56,476 bases of DNA from Octopus sinensis (Eukaryota), in contig NW_021833693.1 in the NCBI RefSeq assembly GCF_006345805.1, positions 1-56,476 of the forward strand. The letters are read 5' to 3'. The notes below the pieces were generated by a model, which was not told where the DNA came from, did no database searches, and worked only from the letters and a program-made list of their open reading frames with translations. This document shows positions 34,665 to 47,051 of the stretch, one piece after another. Made by a program: the position numbers and the translations under genes. Within the stretch, counting starts at the first letter, position 1. Each line of letters starts with the position of its first letter.

Positions 34665-34665
<1 letters not shown>
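34549..34665 (+). mobile_element. Family C minimal-HHR element, copy 2 (partial)
   Basis: HHR at 34557-34591: GTTT CTGACGA A GAGC TCC GTTC GAA ACGT T AAA; downstream sequence matches copies 1 and 3. Confidence 0.72.
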
Positions 34666-34730
<65 letters not shown>

Positions 34731-34746
34731 CACACACACATATACT

Positions 34747-34930
34747 TTATTAATAAAGCTGCAAAGGCATCACAAAAAAAACCTGTTACTCAGAGTTTCA
34801 CGTTCGTGTTCGTCGGACAGTTTTAGTTTCAATTCTGAATTAAACTCTGAGTAACAATTTTTGTGATGTATTTGCAGCTTTATCAATAAAGCATATTACT
34901 CTACCTCCGGTATTCCAGTACTATTTTTTC
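34747..34930. mobile_element. Small inverted pLTR-like element (arms about 34747-34798 and 34842-34891)
   Basis: TAATAAAGCTGCAAAGGCATCACAAA..GTTACTCAGAGTTT pairs imperfectly with AAACTCTGAGTAAC..TTTGTGATGTATTTGCAGCTTTATCAATA; contains the 34783 HHR. Confidence 0.65.
34783..34820 (-). ncRNA. Type I hammerhead ribozyme with short stem II
   Basis: Minus strand: CTGT / CCGACGA / AC-ACGAAC-GT / GAA / ACTC-T-GAGT / A (GUA) / ACAG. Confidence 0.7.
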
Positions 34931-34934
34931 GTGG

Positions 34935-35272
34935 TGCGTGTTTGTTTCGCAGTGCTTCTCCCCTGTTCGTCGATTTTGCTCTGGCTGAAACGAAGGAATT
35001 GCTCCCTGCGACTTTGTCTTTTGTTACCCCGAATGGAAAAAGCCCTTAAAGAAAAAGATTTGCAGATGTAGAAGAGGTGAAAAAACCCCAGCAGAAGCGT
35101 TAAAGGACGTCACTTTGCAAGAGCCCTAGGACTGCTTCGGAAACGCCTCTGGAGACTGATGCATTGCTTCAAAATGGAGAATACTTTGAAGGCGATAAAA
35201 GTGTAAACATTAAAAACAAAGTGATTAAAATAATATTGCAATATTTTGGTTTCTTCTGGGTATCCCTTCGTA
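34935..35272 (+). mobile_element. mariner transposase 3' fragment with right TIR
   Basis: Decayed APCDF.L.PRM.K.LK..RFADVEEVK and CIASNGEYFEGDK; ends GGGTATCCCTTCG followed by TA. Confidence 0.7.
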
Positions 35273-35276
35273 TATA

Positions 35277-36140
35277 CGAGGTCTGATCAATAACTATCCA
35301 GACTGTTGCCATAGTAACAAAGCTAAATTACGCAGTCAAGCAAAGATTGACCTTGAACCCTGCTGTGCTTGTGTTTTAAATATAAACGTTCTAGCTCACT
35401 TCCACTCCTTACAGCTGTACTTGGAAGGAACGTGTGTAGCGTGTGATCGTTGCATTGACAATGGCAAAGTTGTCATGACGACACCTACGCAGTGTTGCAG
35501 AAAATGTATGGAGAGGAATGTACGAGCCGCACACAAGTGTACAAGTGGTTCTGACGTTTCCAAGATGGCCGAAAAAATGTCGATATTGATGAACGTTCTG
35601 GGAGACCCACAACAGAACTGAGAAAAACATCGCAGATGTGCGTGAAGCTGTGAGGGGAAATCGTCGAATCACCACCCATAAGTTATCAGAGGACATGCAG
35701 ATTAGTTACAGTTCAGTTAAGTCCATTATCACTGAAGATTTGGGTATGAGACGGGTGTCTGGCAAGTTTGTGCCAAAACTGCTTTCAGCTGACCAAAAAG
35801 ACACTCGGGCTTCAGTTGCTAAGACTTCCTTAATTGTGTCGAGAACGATGAAAATGTTTTAAAAACTTTGTAAAGGCCTCTGTGCAGGTATCGCCAATCT
35901 TTTGGCCAAATTTGATGTAGATTTTCTGCTCCACTTTCTCTGTTATGGTCAAAGCGACAATCACACGCTACACACCTTCCTTCCAAGCACTGCTGTAAAC
36001 GGTGGAAGTAAGCTACAGCATTAAAATCTAGTACAAAAGCACAACAGAGTTCAAGGTCAATCTGTACCGAGTGGTTTTACTCTGCGTGATTTAGCTTCGT
36101 TACTATAGCAACAGTCCGGATACTTATTGATCAGACCACG
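35277..36140 (+). mobile_element. Internally deleted mariner element with both TIRs and TA TSD
   Basis: TIR of about 50 bp CGAGGTCTGATCAATAACTATCCAGACTGTTGCC.. matches the inverted copy at about 36090-36140; TA at 35275-76 and 36141-42; HTH fragment VREAVRGNRRIT..LGMRRVSGKFVPKLL. Confidence 0.88.
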
Positions 36141-36504
36141 TACAAACCATAAAACATCAGGAAGTATGAAATGTGAATATATTGATTTAGTCCCTTGTTA
36201 TCTCTAGGATTACGGCCGTTTCGCAGCCTTCATCGTGTGATACAAGCTTCAATGTATAAATAACTTATTTCAGATGTCGGCACTCTTACGCAGGCAATGT
36301 ATTTTACGATTGTCCATTTACAAATCTGCACCTCCTGACTTTTTATGCTTTATATACGCCTCGTGAAATAATTTGGTATTGGATCACTATGTGGTAACTC
36401 GGTCCACTAGAGGAGCTTTCCGTGATGGCCATATGATTCCATATATTGCTCTACAAATTTGTATCAATGTATGTGTACAAATTTGTACGCATGCACACAC
36501 ACAC

Positions 36505-36555
<51 letters not shown>

Positions 36556-36639
36556 CCTCTGTAAATGTAATATGATACAATTATTCGGTAGCCATAATAA
36601 AACTCCGAGTTTTGGATGCCGAGGTGGAAATCCACGCCG

Positions 36640-36812
36640 CCATCTCTTCAGTTATCCGGCCAAGTCCCGCAATATTTTTTTTTCTACCCGCTGAGGTCGA
36701 CTTTGCCTTTCATCCTTTCGAGATCGATAAATTAAGTAACACTTGCGTACTGGGATCGATTTAATCGACTGGACCCTCCCCCCAAATTTCGGGCTTTGTG
36801 CCTAGAGTAGAA
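36640..36812 (+). mobile_element. SINE family B
   Basis: GAGGTCGACTTTGCCTTTCATCCTTTCG..GATCGATTTAATCGACT. Confidence 0.7.
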
Positions 36813-37478
36813 TAAGCTATTTCTTTTTCTATACATCAATGAAAATACCCATTATCATTAAAAGAAAAAAAAAACCTTTAATGGATGTTAAGAAAAATGT
36901 TAACATTAATTTTTAATAGTTTCCCTCATTTGAAATTTTCTCATTAGCTATCATGTCCACGTGACTAGAGAAATGACCAACAAAATTAGATAATTGCTTT
37001 TTTGTTAGGCCATTATATTCTATTTTTAAACCTGCTTTTCATATAAGCTCAAGGCTACTTGTTTTCTGTTGATTTATTTATGTTGTAATGCCTAGTATGG
37101 TGCGGAAACAACGGTTTATTGGTGTTAAATCGCGTGATTATGATGGCCACGCATGATTAAACTTCTCTTGCAATTTGTTTTACTTTTTTGTTTAAATGAA
37201 ATCACACACACTGAGAAAAAACACTTCTCACCATTGAGGAATGCGTCAATGTGGTTACACTATCGGCTAGAAATAACAGTCATAACCCTTTCATATCATA
37301 TTATCGTCTTAGGAAAAGTAAAGACACATAAGATGGCGTGATTCTAAATATGTAAAAGAAAAAAATGTAAGGAAAAGAAAAGATTTCCCTGTTGGACTGA
37401 TCGCGCTTCCTCAACATTTATCTAAGGGTAAAAGAAAATGAGGACCAAACGGCTTCTGATGTAATTATTTTTCAGATG

Positions 37479-37550
<72 letters not shown>

Positions 37551-37666
37551 GCCTGCCTGTCTGTCTGTCTGTCTGTCTGTCTGTATGTCTGTCTGTATGT
37601 CTGTCTGTATGTATGTCTGTCTGTCTGTCTATCTGTCACTCTCTCTGCCCCCTCTCTCTCTTTGTA

Positions 37667-37742
<76 letters not shown>

Positions 37743-37743
<1 letters not shown>

Positions 37744-38933
37744 AGATTGTCAGGGAAGTTCTGAGTGCTTTCTAATATGCAAAAAGGGATATAAACAATC
37801 GACCTTTCACTAAATTTTATTCAATGGAATAATTTTACCATTAATGACCTTTGCTCATCTATCAGGCAATTTAAATATTCTGTCAGCATAAAATTTGACT
37901 GGTTTTGAAGAAAAAACAAAACAAGTGGTAGTCGGATGGCGCAGTATCAAGAGAATATGATGGATCGGGTGAGATATACCAGCCATGTAACTTTGCTCGA
38001 GTAGCCAAAGACACATGTTGTCGGGTATTGTCTAGTTGGAACACCACCTCTTTCCTGGTGGCCATCTTCGGTTTCAATTCTCTGAGTTTTTGGTTCAAAT
38101 TAGCCAGCTGACGACAGTACACATCAGAATTAATGGTTTTGATTTGTGGGAGACGTTCATAATAAATAATGCCTTTATGATTCCACCAAACACAAAGCAT
38201 AGCCTTTTTGGCATCGATATTCGTCTTTGGTTGCTGTTTTGGAGGATCCTTACGCAAGCTCCAGAATCTTTTTCGCACTACATTTTCGTACACCATCCAT
38301 TTTTCATCTCCAGTTTCAAGTTGTTTCAAAAAAGGCAGTCTTCCATTCTGTTTCAAAAGCATATCACAAACGGAAAACCATCCCAAGCATTCTCTTCTGA
38401 AAGTTTGTAAGGGATCCATACCTTATAACGAGAAATGTATCCTAGCTTCATGAGCCGTACTTTTAGAAACTTCCAACTCCTCTGCAAGTTCTCTAGTCGT
38501 GATATTTGAGTTTTCTTCGATATTTGACTTCAAAACATCTTCCAATTTTGACGATTTTCAACTGCAACTATCATCTTCCAAGCTAAATTCTCCAGCTTTA
38601 AATTTTGCAAACCAACTTCGAACAGTAGATTCACATACAGCATCATCATCACCATAAACTTCACAAATGTATTTGCAAGTCTTTGCTGCACTTTCCCCTG
38701 TTTTAGAAAAGAAAAACATTACAACGCGAATAGGAAATTTTTGATTATCTATTTCAAATGTCAATAAAAGGTAACCGGATGGAAAGGTAAATCTAATTTT
38801 AGTCAGGAACAAAGATGAGATGCACTACCACTTCAAGTAATGCCAAAGTTTTAACTGTGTTATGTTTCAGGTGTGTTCAATGAAGCGTTAAAAGATTTAG
38901 CTTAAAACGCTCAGAGCTTTCCGGACAACCTAA
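37743..38933 (-). mobile_element. Decayed mariner (Mos1/SETMAR-type) element with TIRs
   Basis: VCESTVRSWFAKFKAGEFSLED; TGDEKWMVY; KAMLCVWW; QLDNTRQH; PSYSLDTAPSDYHLF; imperfect TIRs TAGATTGTCAGGGAAGTTCTGAG and CTCAGAGCTTTCCGGACAACCTA. Confidence 0.9.
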
Positions 38934-39629
38934 CATATATAATATATATATATATATATATATACAAACATACACATACACGTATACTCATGCAGGCATT
39001 CACAAATACCCAAATACAAAATCTGCATCACCAACATCACCAACATCACTACCATCACATAACTAACGCCACTTCCTTCATCGCAACCATTATCATCAAC
39101 ATTGACAAAATATATTCCTTGCGTTAAAGACATCTTTATATAATGATAGCCGTGTACTCAAACGAGTATGGTGTCTAGTCTAAACGTCCCCCCTCTCTCT
39201 CTCTCTCTCTCTCTCTTCACTTGCCTCTGCCATGTCAAGAATCCTTCTAGTCGTAGTTCCGTATTATCTTAATATTATGTCCAACATTAATTAGAATTAA
39301 CGTTTCCTGAAACAGAATTTATGTAAATTTGCAAATCATTAACGTTATCAGCCACGATACACACATTCTATACAACTTCTCAGGTTTTGCGAGAGTTTCA
39401 TGTACATACATACATACATACATACATACATACATACGTACATACATACATACATACATACATACATACATACGTACGTACATACATACATACATACATA
39501 CATACATACACACACATGCATATATATACGTGTGTGTGTGAGCGTATGCACACACATGTATGTACATATATATATATATTTATATATATATATCTAGATA
39601 GATAAATTTGTACATACATACGTATATAA

Positions 39630-39669
<40 letters not shown>

Positions 39670-39831
39670 GTAAAGTGAAAAGAATACATAATAAAAAAAA
39701 GCTAAGTCCAACCGTCAGCATTCTGAATGGTAATAAACAAGACGATGATGATGATGATGATGATGATGATAATGATGATGCTTTCAACATTCCTCGCTAC
39801 TCCTCATACTATCATTTGAAAGTGTTGTCGA

Positions 39832-40236
39832 TAGGCGCAGATTTAGCTGTGTAGTTAAGAAGCTCGCTTTGCAACCATGTAATTTCCGGTTCAGTCCCAT
39901 TGTACTGCATCTTGGGCCAGTTACTTCAAATTTAGCTACAGAAATATCAAACCCTTGTGACGATTTTTTTCCCTCTGTCTTCCCTTCTCTGGATCTTTCC
40001 TTCTCCTATGTTTCCGACGAAGAGCTCCGCTCGAAACGTTAAACCCTCCTTCTTTCCTTTTTTCCTGGGCGTCCAATAATACTATATTTGTTCCACGTCC
40101 TCGCGTTGTTGTGTTTTTTTGTGCTTTCTTGTTTGGATTAACTTTATATATATATATATATGGGCTGTAATAAATCTTTGAACGAGCGAGATATAAACAG
40201 TAGCAATAAGACTATCTACATACATGCATACATACA

Positions 40237-40270
<34 letters not shown>

Positions 40271-40480
40271 CATATATACATACACACGTACGTGTATGTG
40301 TGTTTGTGTATCTTTGTTTACACAGCCGTAACTTAGCGGTTCGCAAAAGAAACCGCGAGAATAAGTACGAAGCTTAAAAAAGTAAGTACAGGGAGTACTC
40401 TGTCCAACTAAACCTTTCAGGGCAGTGCTCCAGCATGGCCGGAGCCGAATCACTGAAACAAATAAACAATAAAAGATTAC
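39832..40480 (+). mobile_element. SINE family A split by a family C HHR element and microsatellites
   Basis: Head at 39832-39958 (AGGCGCAG..GGTTCAGTCCC); 3' half at about 40300-40480 (CGTAACTTAGCGGTTCGC..GTGCTCCAGCATGGCC). Confidence 0.7.
39960..40142 (+). mobile_element. Family C minimal-HHR element, copy 3, nested in a SINE
   Basis: HHR at 40010-40044: GTTT CCGACGA A GAGC TCC GCTC GAA ACGT T AAAC; ends GGATTAAC before (TA)n. Confidence 0.75.
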
Positions 40481-41794
40481 ATGGAAATAGAGAGAAAAAC
40501 CAAAATCACCGATTTCCACCGTGAACATTCAACAAAGTGGATCCGTGGACATTTGCAGGGATTCTTTATAAGCGGATAGGATACAAAGGATGTGTCGTTT
40601 GGAAGGGTTTATGCCTTGTATGTATGTGTCGTATATATGTATGTGTGTATCAGTGAATGCGTGTGAATGTGCATGTGTATTATGGACTCAGCACTGTCAA
40701 ATGGTAAAATGTTTGCTTCACTATCATGAATCCGGATGCGAACCCACTGCGTTGGGTTTTATATATAATTTAAAACTCAATCCGGATCACATTTCTTTTT
40801 CTGTATCATAATTGAACCTGAATGATTGCCTGACCGTGCACGCTACGCTATACAAGCACATCTCATTACGGAATTGTGTTGTGTACTAAACATGAAAGTT
40901 AAAGTGGCTCATGTATAATTTCCGTATTCATTAAATTATATGTGTGCGTGTATGAAGGCTTGCGGGCGCGCACGTATTTTCGTGCACATTCTTCTCAAAG
41001 TCATAATGTCTATATGCATTCCGTGATTAGCCTCACCTCAACAGTTGCCAATGCGTGTTACTTTGAAGAAAACATTCTAAAAATAGAGAGAGTAAACGTG
41101 TATTTCAGAAAATATGTCGGTTGGCATTCCATGTTATTAGACACGCAGTAGCGTCACCAAAGCTATTAAATTTTGAATAGTTTTGATAATATAATAGAAT
41201 CTGTGAGATTGCTTCGAGCAGCTTTATTTAAATTATAAATACTTATTCAGAGTAATAAAACCGAAACTATTAGCACAAAATACATTTATATATACGTAAA
41301 ATACACTTTAATTGTAAACTAACGAAATGTTTCTGTCGTGTGTAAGCTTGGCCAATAATTGTAAATTAGTGGAATGTTTGCATAAGCACGAAGGAAATAA
41401 CAGAACTGTGACATGCAAAGTTTCTTGCACGATCGATTATTTGCAAAGTTAATTTTAATCAGAGTAAATGAATTAACAATTAGTTCACGCAGTACATTCG
41501 TAATATGATGTTAATAATGTTAAGATTTAAATTAGATCGAGAATAAGATCGAATAACATTAAAAGTAAAGTTATTCTTGGTTAACAAACGATTGAATTAT
41601 GAAAGATATAACTGATTGTTTAGCATTGCTAAAAGGCAATTCGAAAAGAAAGCACAGACAATTCGATTGATTCCAATACTTCAGGCTGTTTATTTCGTCG
41701 ATCTCGGAATTGTGAAACGCCGACTCGAATCTGGTGGTAACGAAACAAAGAACTTGAAGGAACGCAACTAAATATTGTTTCTAATTTAGATATA

Positions 41795-42225
41795 AGGTGG
41801 CGAGCATTATCACGCCGGACAAAATGCTATACAGCATTTCTTCCGGCTTTACAGTCTGAGATTAATTTCCGCCAAGTTCGACTATGCCTTTTCTCCTTTC
41901 GGGGTTGATAAAATAAAGTACCAGTAATGTACTGGAGTTGATGGCATTGACTATTGTCCTCTCTTTCAAAACTGTTGGTCTTGTGGCTAAATCACTAATC
42001 ATTATTCAAAGGAAGCGAAACTCGCAGAATCGCTAAAATTGCATCGGAAAATTTGCTGTCTAGTATTTATTAGAGCTCTTTATGTCCTGAGTTCAAATAC
42101 TGGCGAAGTCAAGTTTGCCTTGCATTCTTTCGGGCTCGATAAACCAAGGTACCAGTACTAGGGTCTCGATGGCCCCGACTAAGCTCATCTCTTCAAAATT
42201 TCTCAACTTATGCCAACATTTGAAT
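41795..42225 (+). mobile_element. Two tandem SINE family B copies
   Basis: Heads at 41795 (AGGTGGCGAG..CCGGACAAAATGC) and about 42010 (GGAAGCGAAACTCGCAGAATCG..GAGTTCAAAT). Confidence 0.65.
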
Positions 42226-42617
42226 TATTATAGAATCTCCTATTTAAGCACGAAACTGATTTGTAGGAAAGGGTTGCAAGTCTTTAATCATCGATCTCAG
42301 TACTTAACTGCTTCAATATTTTATCGATCATTAAGCGATGAAAGGATAAAAGGAAAGGCTGACCTCGTTCCGACTGAACTTACAATACAAAGGAACAGAA
42401 CAAATAACATGAAGTAATTTTTCCTAAGCTCAAGCGGCCCTACTGGTTGGCCACCTTTAAATAAGGATTTCTTATTTAGTCACAAACAGATAGTAGAGTC
42501 ATATCTCACTTGAGTCTGTTTTGCTTTTCGATATCTCGTTGTCAGTCACAAATAAATACCACCACTCAAGTACTGAGTACTGATTTTAACCACTCTCATA
42601 TCTATGATTTTGTACTT

Positions 42618-43040
42618 ATATCCATCCATTCATATTCTCCGGCCACTATTCCTGAGAGGTCTTCGGCGTAGGGACTTCAGGTACCGCGCCTCCATAAGGT
42701 TTTATTAGAAACAAGCGTCATAACATTTTCTGGTTGGATTCCCAAGCATAACCGACTGAGACAATGGATATTATCCATACATCTCGTTCTTGGTCTTCTG
42801 CTAGTTGGTTCGGCTTGAAGAATCCGTCTTGCAATTCATTTCTGCGATATTCTAACCACAAGTCCATAGTACCAGAGCTGTGATCTCTTAATGCGAAGAT
42901 TTGGCGATTCGACTCGGTGAAATTCCCTGAACTTCGAATTACCTACCCTGTCGAGTAAGGTTACTCCAGAAATCCTTCGGAAGAGCCCCATTTCGGCCGC
43001 TAGTTTCCGCGGTCGTACTCTTTCGTATCTTTATCAGTAT
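42618..43040 (-). mobile_element. RTE-clade (Expander/Rex3-like) LINE 3' end
   Basis: LAAEMGLFRRISGVTLLDRV..RIKRSQLWYYGLVVR..ARRILQAEPTSRRPRTR; tail with ATGG units. Confidence 0.8.
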
Positions 43041-43499
43041 TACAGACTTCATTCATTTTTATTTCAAATTAAACACGAAATTCCCCAAACGTCCATAAAA
43101 TGATATTCCCGATGACCTCAGATAATATTTGGTTGTAATATATAATGTATATCTCCTGCTTTTGGTCGGTTGTGTGATTTTATATATAAAGTGCTTCATT
43201 TGCAAACGAGCACTTTTTTGTTAATCTTTCGTCGACTGAGATAAGATGAATGATTATTGCTAAATATCTTCAACAAAAAATGATTAATTAGAAATGCTCT
43301 GTTGGCACAAACTTTATCTATAGTGGGTGTTTTCTGTTATAAGTATTAAGTGTCGCTTGTTCTTTGCGTTTGCTGTTGTCGCTCTTGTTGCAAACACGAT
43401 GTTGTTTTTGTTCTTAAGTTTTCTATGGAATAAGGAAAATGGAAAAATTAAGTTTTAATATTTTTCTTTCTAATTTTTGGTATACGGTTAGCACTTTTG

Positions 43500-44035
43500 A
43501 GTAGAGGGCCTTGGGCGATTACATCGATCACAGTACTCTATTGGTACTTATATCAACCCCGAAAGGCAAAGAAATACCTCTAAGCATGCATTTTTCCTGA
43601 TGTGCTAACAATTCTGCCAGCTCATTGAGACATGTTTTTCTAATACAAACTTTATTTCGAAGCCAGAAAAGGGCAAAAAGAGTTCGGTGCCAACCAAAAG
43701 TACAATGGTGAGTTCTTGGTTAAGATTCTAAACTGATGAGTCCACCAAACATTTTTGTTGGGGTCTAGAACGGTTACCCGGTTTCCATGGCATTTAAATT
43801 GACCGAAATTGCAACACTCCCTCTGAATGGCATTCCGTCTGTTACAGAGCTCAAAGCCAGCAATTTTGGTGGGAGGGGACTTGTCAATTTCCTCAACCTT
43901 AGTACTTGTCTGGTACTTCATTTTATCAACCCCCGAAAGGCAGAGTTGACTTTGCCGGGATTGGAACCGAAAGTGCCGAAAGAAATTAAGAAATACCACT
44001 AAGTATTTTGTCTGACGTGCTAACGACTCTTCCAA
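43500..44035 (-). mobile_element. Two diverged SINE family B copies
   Basis: GTACTT..TATCAACCCCGAAAGGCA at about 43545 and about 43915; heads near 43620 and 44030. Confidence 0.55.
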
Positions 44036-44849
44036 GATCACTCAGATGTTATCTTAATGTAAACTTTATTTCGACGCCAAAGAAGGGCAAAAAATTGAAG
44101 AATTCGGTGTCGATCGAGAGTCGAAAGGTAATATCTTATTATTACTTCTGCGTTGAGTCTGTGACTTCTTAACTGGTGGATCCACCTAACTCGAGAATAA
44201 CAATATAACGCAAATCAAAAACGAGGCTCCTAGGTGGTTTCTCGAATTGCATGGAAGTGCACCCAATCCTTCCTAAAATTCTATCAGACCATCTTCGAAT
44301 TTTCTGAATGTGCAGGATAAACTAATATTCAATATGATGTGTCAGAAATAAAGACGAGGTGGTCACGGATTGAATGCTTACCGAAGAATGTTTTAACGAG
44401 ACACACAGACTCGCAAATAATTTGCTGCTTGCGTAAGTGTTGGCAATCGAAAACTCAGTATTCCGAAAGCTCGTAGGTTTCAGAGATTATCTAGAGGTAA
44501 CCTAACAACCTAATTTTCCCTTAGCTTTGCAATTTCTGGGCATACCAGCTCCTGATTTTACAAGCCATGAGAATATAAGTCGTGGAATGGTTAGGTGACT
44601 CGCTTTCAACCCTGGCGGGTAGGTGATGTTGACAAGCCACAAAAATAGTAAAACGCCCGGTGTCCATCAATCCCAAATGGAATTGAGGATGTGTTATCTC
44701 GCCTGTCCATGACTCTGAGGTGTCTTACACCCAGCACTTTGAAAGTATATATACTCCGCCACGCTATTGCAGCCACCGGAAAATACACAAGTATATACAT
44801 TAAATATATGCAGATAATAATACTTATTACACAAGAGCTGTTTTTATTT

Positions 44850-45110
44850 CGGATCAAACTGGATGGCGAACAAAAGTGTAGAGTAGAGTGGAAGTTTTTG
44901 AGAAGGCCAGGATGACATGCAAGACTCAAGAGAGATTTAAAGAAGAATGTTACGATCAAGGAGGTGAATCTTAGTGATCTTTTTGTGTTCACAGTTTGTG
45001 ACAGACCATGTCTTTCTTTTGCTGGGCCCAAATCTCATTTACGGACCCTTGGAAAACGAACCTCCATCAACTAGTCTGCCTATTTATCTGTGCATACCTT
45101 TCAATGCCGT
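44850..45110 (+). mobile_element. RTE-clade LINE 3' end with a degenerate C2H2 finger
   Basis: WRTKV..VEVFEKAR / LKRDLKKN..FTVCDRPCLSFAGPKSHLRT. Confidence 0.6.
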
Positions 45111-45308
45111 GTATGCTATAAGGTCTGTAAATCTAACGGAGGCCTCAAAAGACATGTTAAGATCCACAAAGATCAGAACTTAAATGCAGCTCTTAGTGGT
45201 CCAAATCAGATATGCATTGTCTGGTTTAAAAAGCCACATTAGATGCCATGATGGAGCTAAGGTGTAAGTACAGGAGGTGGTCAAACTCTGCATAAGGAGT
45301 AGACAACC

Positions 45309-45359
<51 letters not shown>

Positions 45360-45546
45360 TATATATTATATATATATATATATATATGTTAGCTCCATGA
45401 AAAGATGGAATCATTCAATGAGATACTGGTTTAATACCTAATATTTTTTGTGAATAATAGTATTCATAAAACAATACCTTTATATATAAATCATGGTTTA
45501 TTATCTTCGAAAATCAAACATGGTCCCTTACAGCTGTTTCAATTAA

Positions 45547-46282
45547 ACATGGACAAAATAATTGGAACAGTAGAAATTTAACTCCAATATTTTATTGAGC
45601 TATTACATTACGAATATCCACCAAATTTCATTGTGAGTGTTTTTTTCTTTTTGTATTGTAGATGGTTTTTATTTATCTGATTTAATGATTATTTCTATCT
45701 CTAGTTCAGATCGTAGTCTAAATTAAGCTGAGATGCGAGACCTCACTGAATTTGAAAAAGGGAAAATTGTTGGAGTTCGAAAGGCAGGAGCTTCCGTCAC
45801 CAGAACAACTGAACTCCTTGTTTTTTTTTATTTATTGGGAGCTAACATATCATGACTGTTTTTTGAGAAGCAGGGCAAAACCCCTAGCAGGAGAAATAAG
45901 TCTGACAGGACTTCGAAGCTCACTGAAAGAGAACGACGCGTGTTGAATGGCATTGTGATGAAAAATCACCGGACAACTGCTCCTAAAGCGACTACAGAGT
46001 TTATTCAACATCTGACCAGCCCAGTTTCGACCAAAACTGTGAGCTCAATAATAATATGGTTGGATCAACAGCAATGATTATCTGAATTTCTTCCCATGGA
46101 CCAGACATTATTCCCTGATGGTGAGTGCAGCTTCCAAGATGACAATGCTCCAATACACACCTCTCAGGTGCTATAGAATTGGTATTTTGAGAGCTACAAC
46201 ACATTGAGTACCCCCCGCCACGCAATTTCCAGATCTTAATATTATTATTGAGCATCTGTGGTGCATCTTAGAGCGACACGTT
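45547..46282 (+). mobile_element. Decayed, internally deleted Tc1-like element
   Basis: MRDLTEFEKGKIVG; KLTERERRVL..V.KNHRTTA; FQDDNAPIH; PDLN.IEHLW..LER; left-end-like CAAAATAATTGGAACA. Confidence 0.8.
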
Positions 46283-46289
46283 AGAAGTC

Positions 46290-46357
<68 letters not shown>

Positions 46358-46376
46358 CATTATTATTATTATTATT

Positions 46377-46893
46377 CAGTAGTTTTATTTTTATAACGTG
46401 CTTTCACTTCACTACCGAGCGCAGCTCTGTGTGCCTTGGGTATGTGCTGTGATTTGTTGTGATGCTCTGATGGTTATTGTATGGAAAATGTTCTGCGTAG
46501 GATGTGGGTAGTATCTAGTAGTGCAATTTTCTGTATGTTATATGTGTTTGTAAGACCTGGTGTTTTTGTTATGTATTTGTCTGAATATTTTTTTATCATG
46601 CCTAATGCACCTACTATGATAGGAATTGTTTCTGTTTTTAGATTCCTCATTCTGGTTACCTCTATTTCCAGGTCTTTGTATTTTGAAAGTTTCTCCATTT
46701 CTTTTAGAGACACTTTGTCATCTGCTGGTATTGATGCATCAATTAGAAAGCATTTTTTTTCATGATCTCTGACAACTATATCGGGTCTGTTGGCCTTAAT
46801 TTCTCTATCTGTGTGTATTGGCATATCCCAGAGTATGGTTGCTTTCTCGTTTTCTGTGACCTTTTCTGGTGTGTGCCTATACAATCTTTTTTC

Positions 46894-46895
<2 letters not shown>
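46377..46895 (-). mobile_element. R4/Dong-like REL LINE 3' end inserted in (TAA)n
   Basis: ORF 46474-46884: ILWDMPIHTDREIKANRPDIVV..FLIDASIP..KEMEKLSKYKDL..IPIIVGALG; (TAA)n tracts abut both ends. Confidence 0.88.
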
Positions 46896-46931
<36 letters not shown>

Positions 46932-46987
46932 ATTATTATTATTATTATTATTTATTATTATTATTATTACATATATGTATATATATG

Positions 46988-47051
<64 letters not shown>

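Noticed and set aside
43733-43790. CTGATGAGTCC hammerhead-like start
   Set aside because: No GAAA after the putative stem II and no stem I partner.
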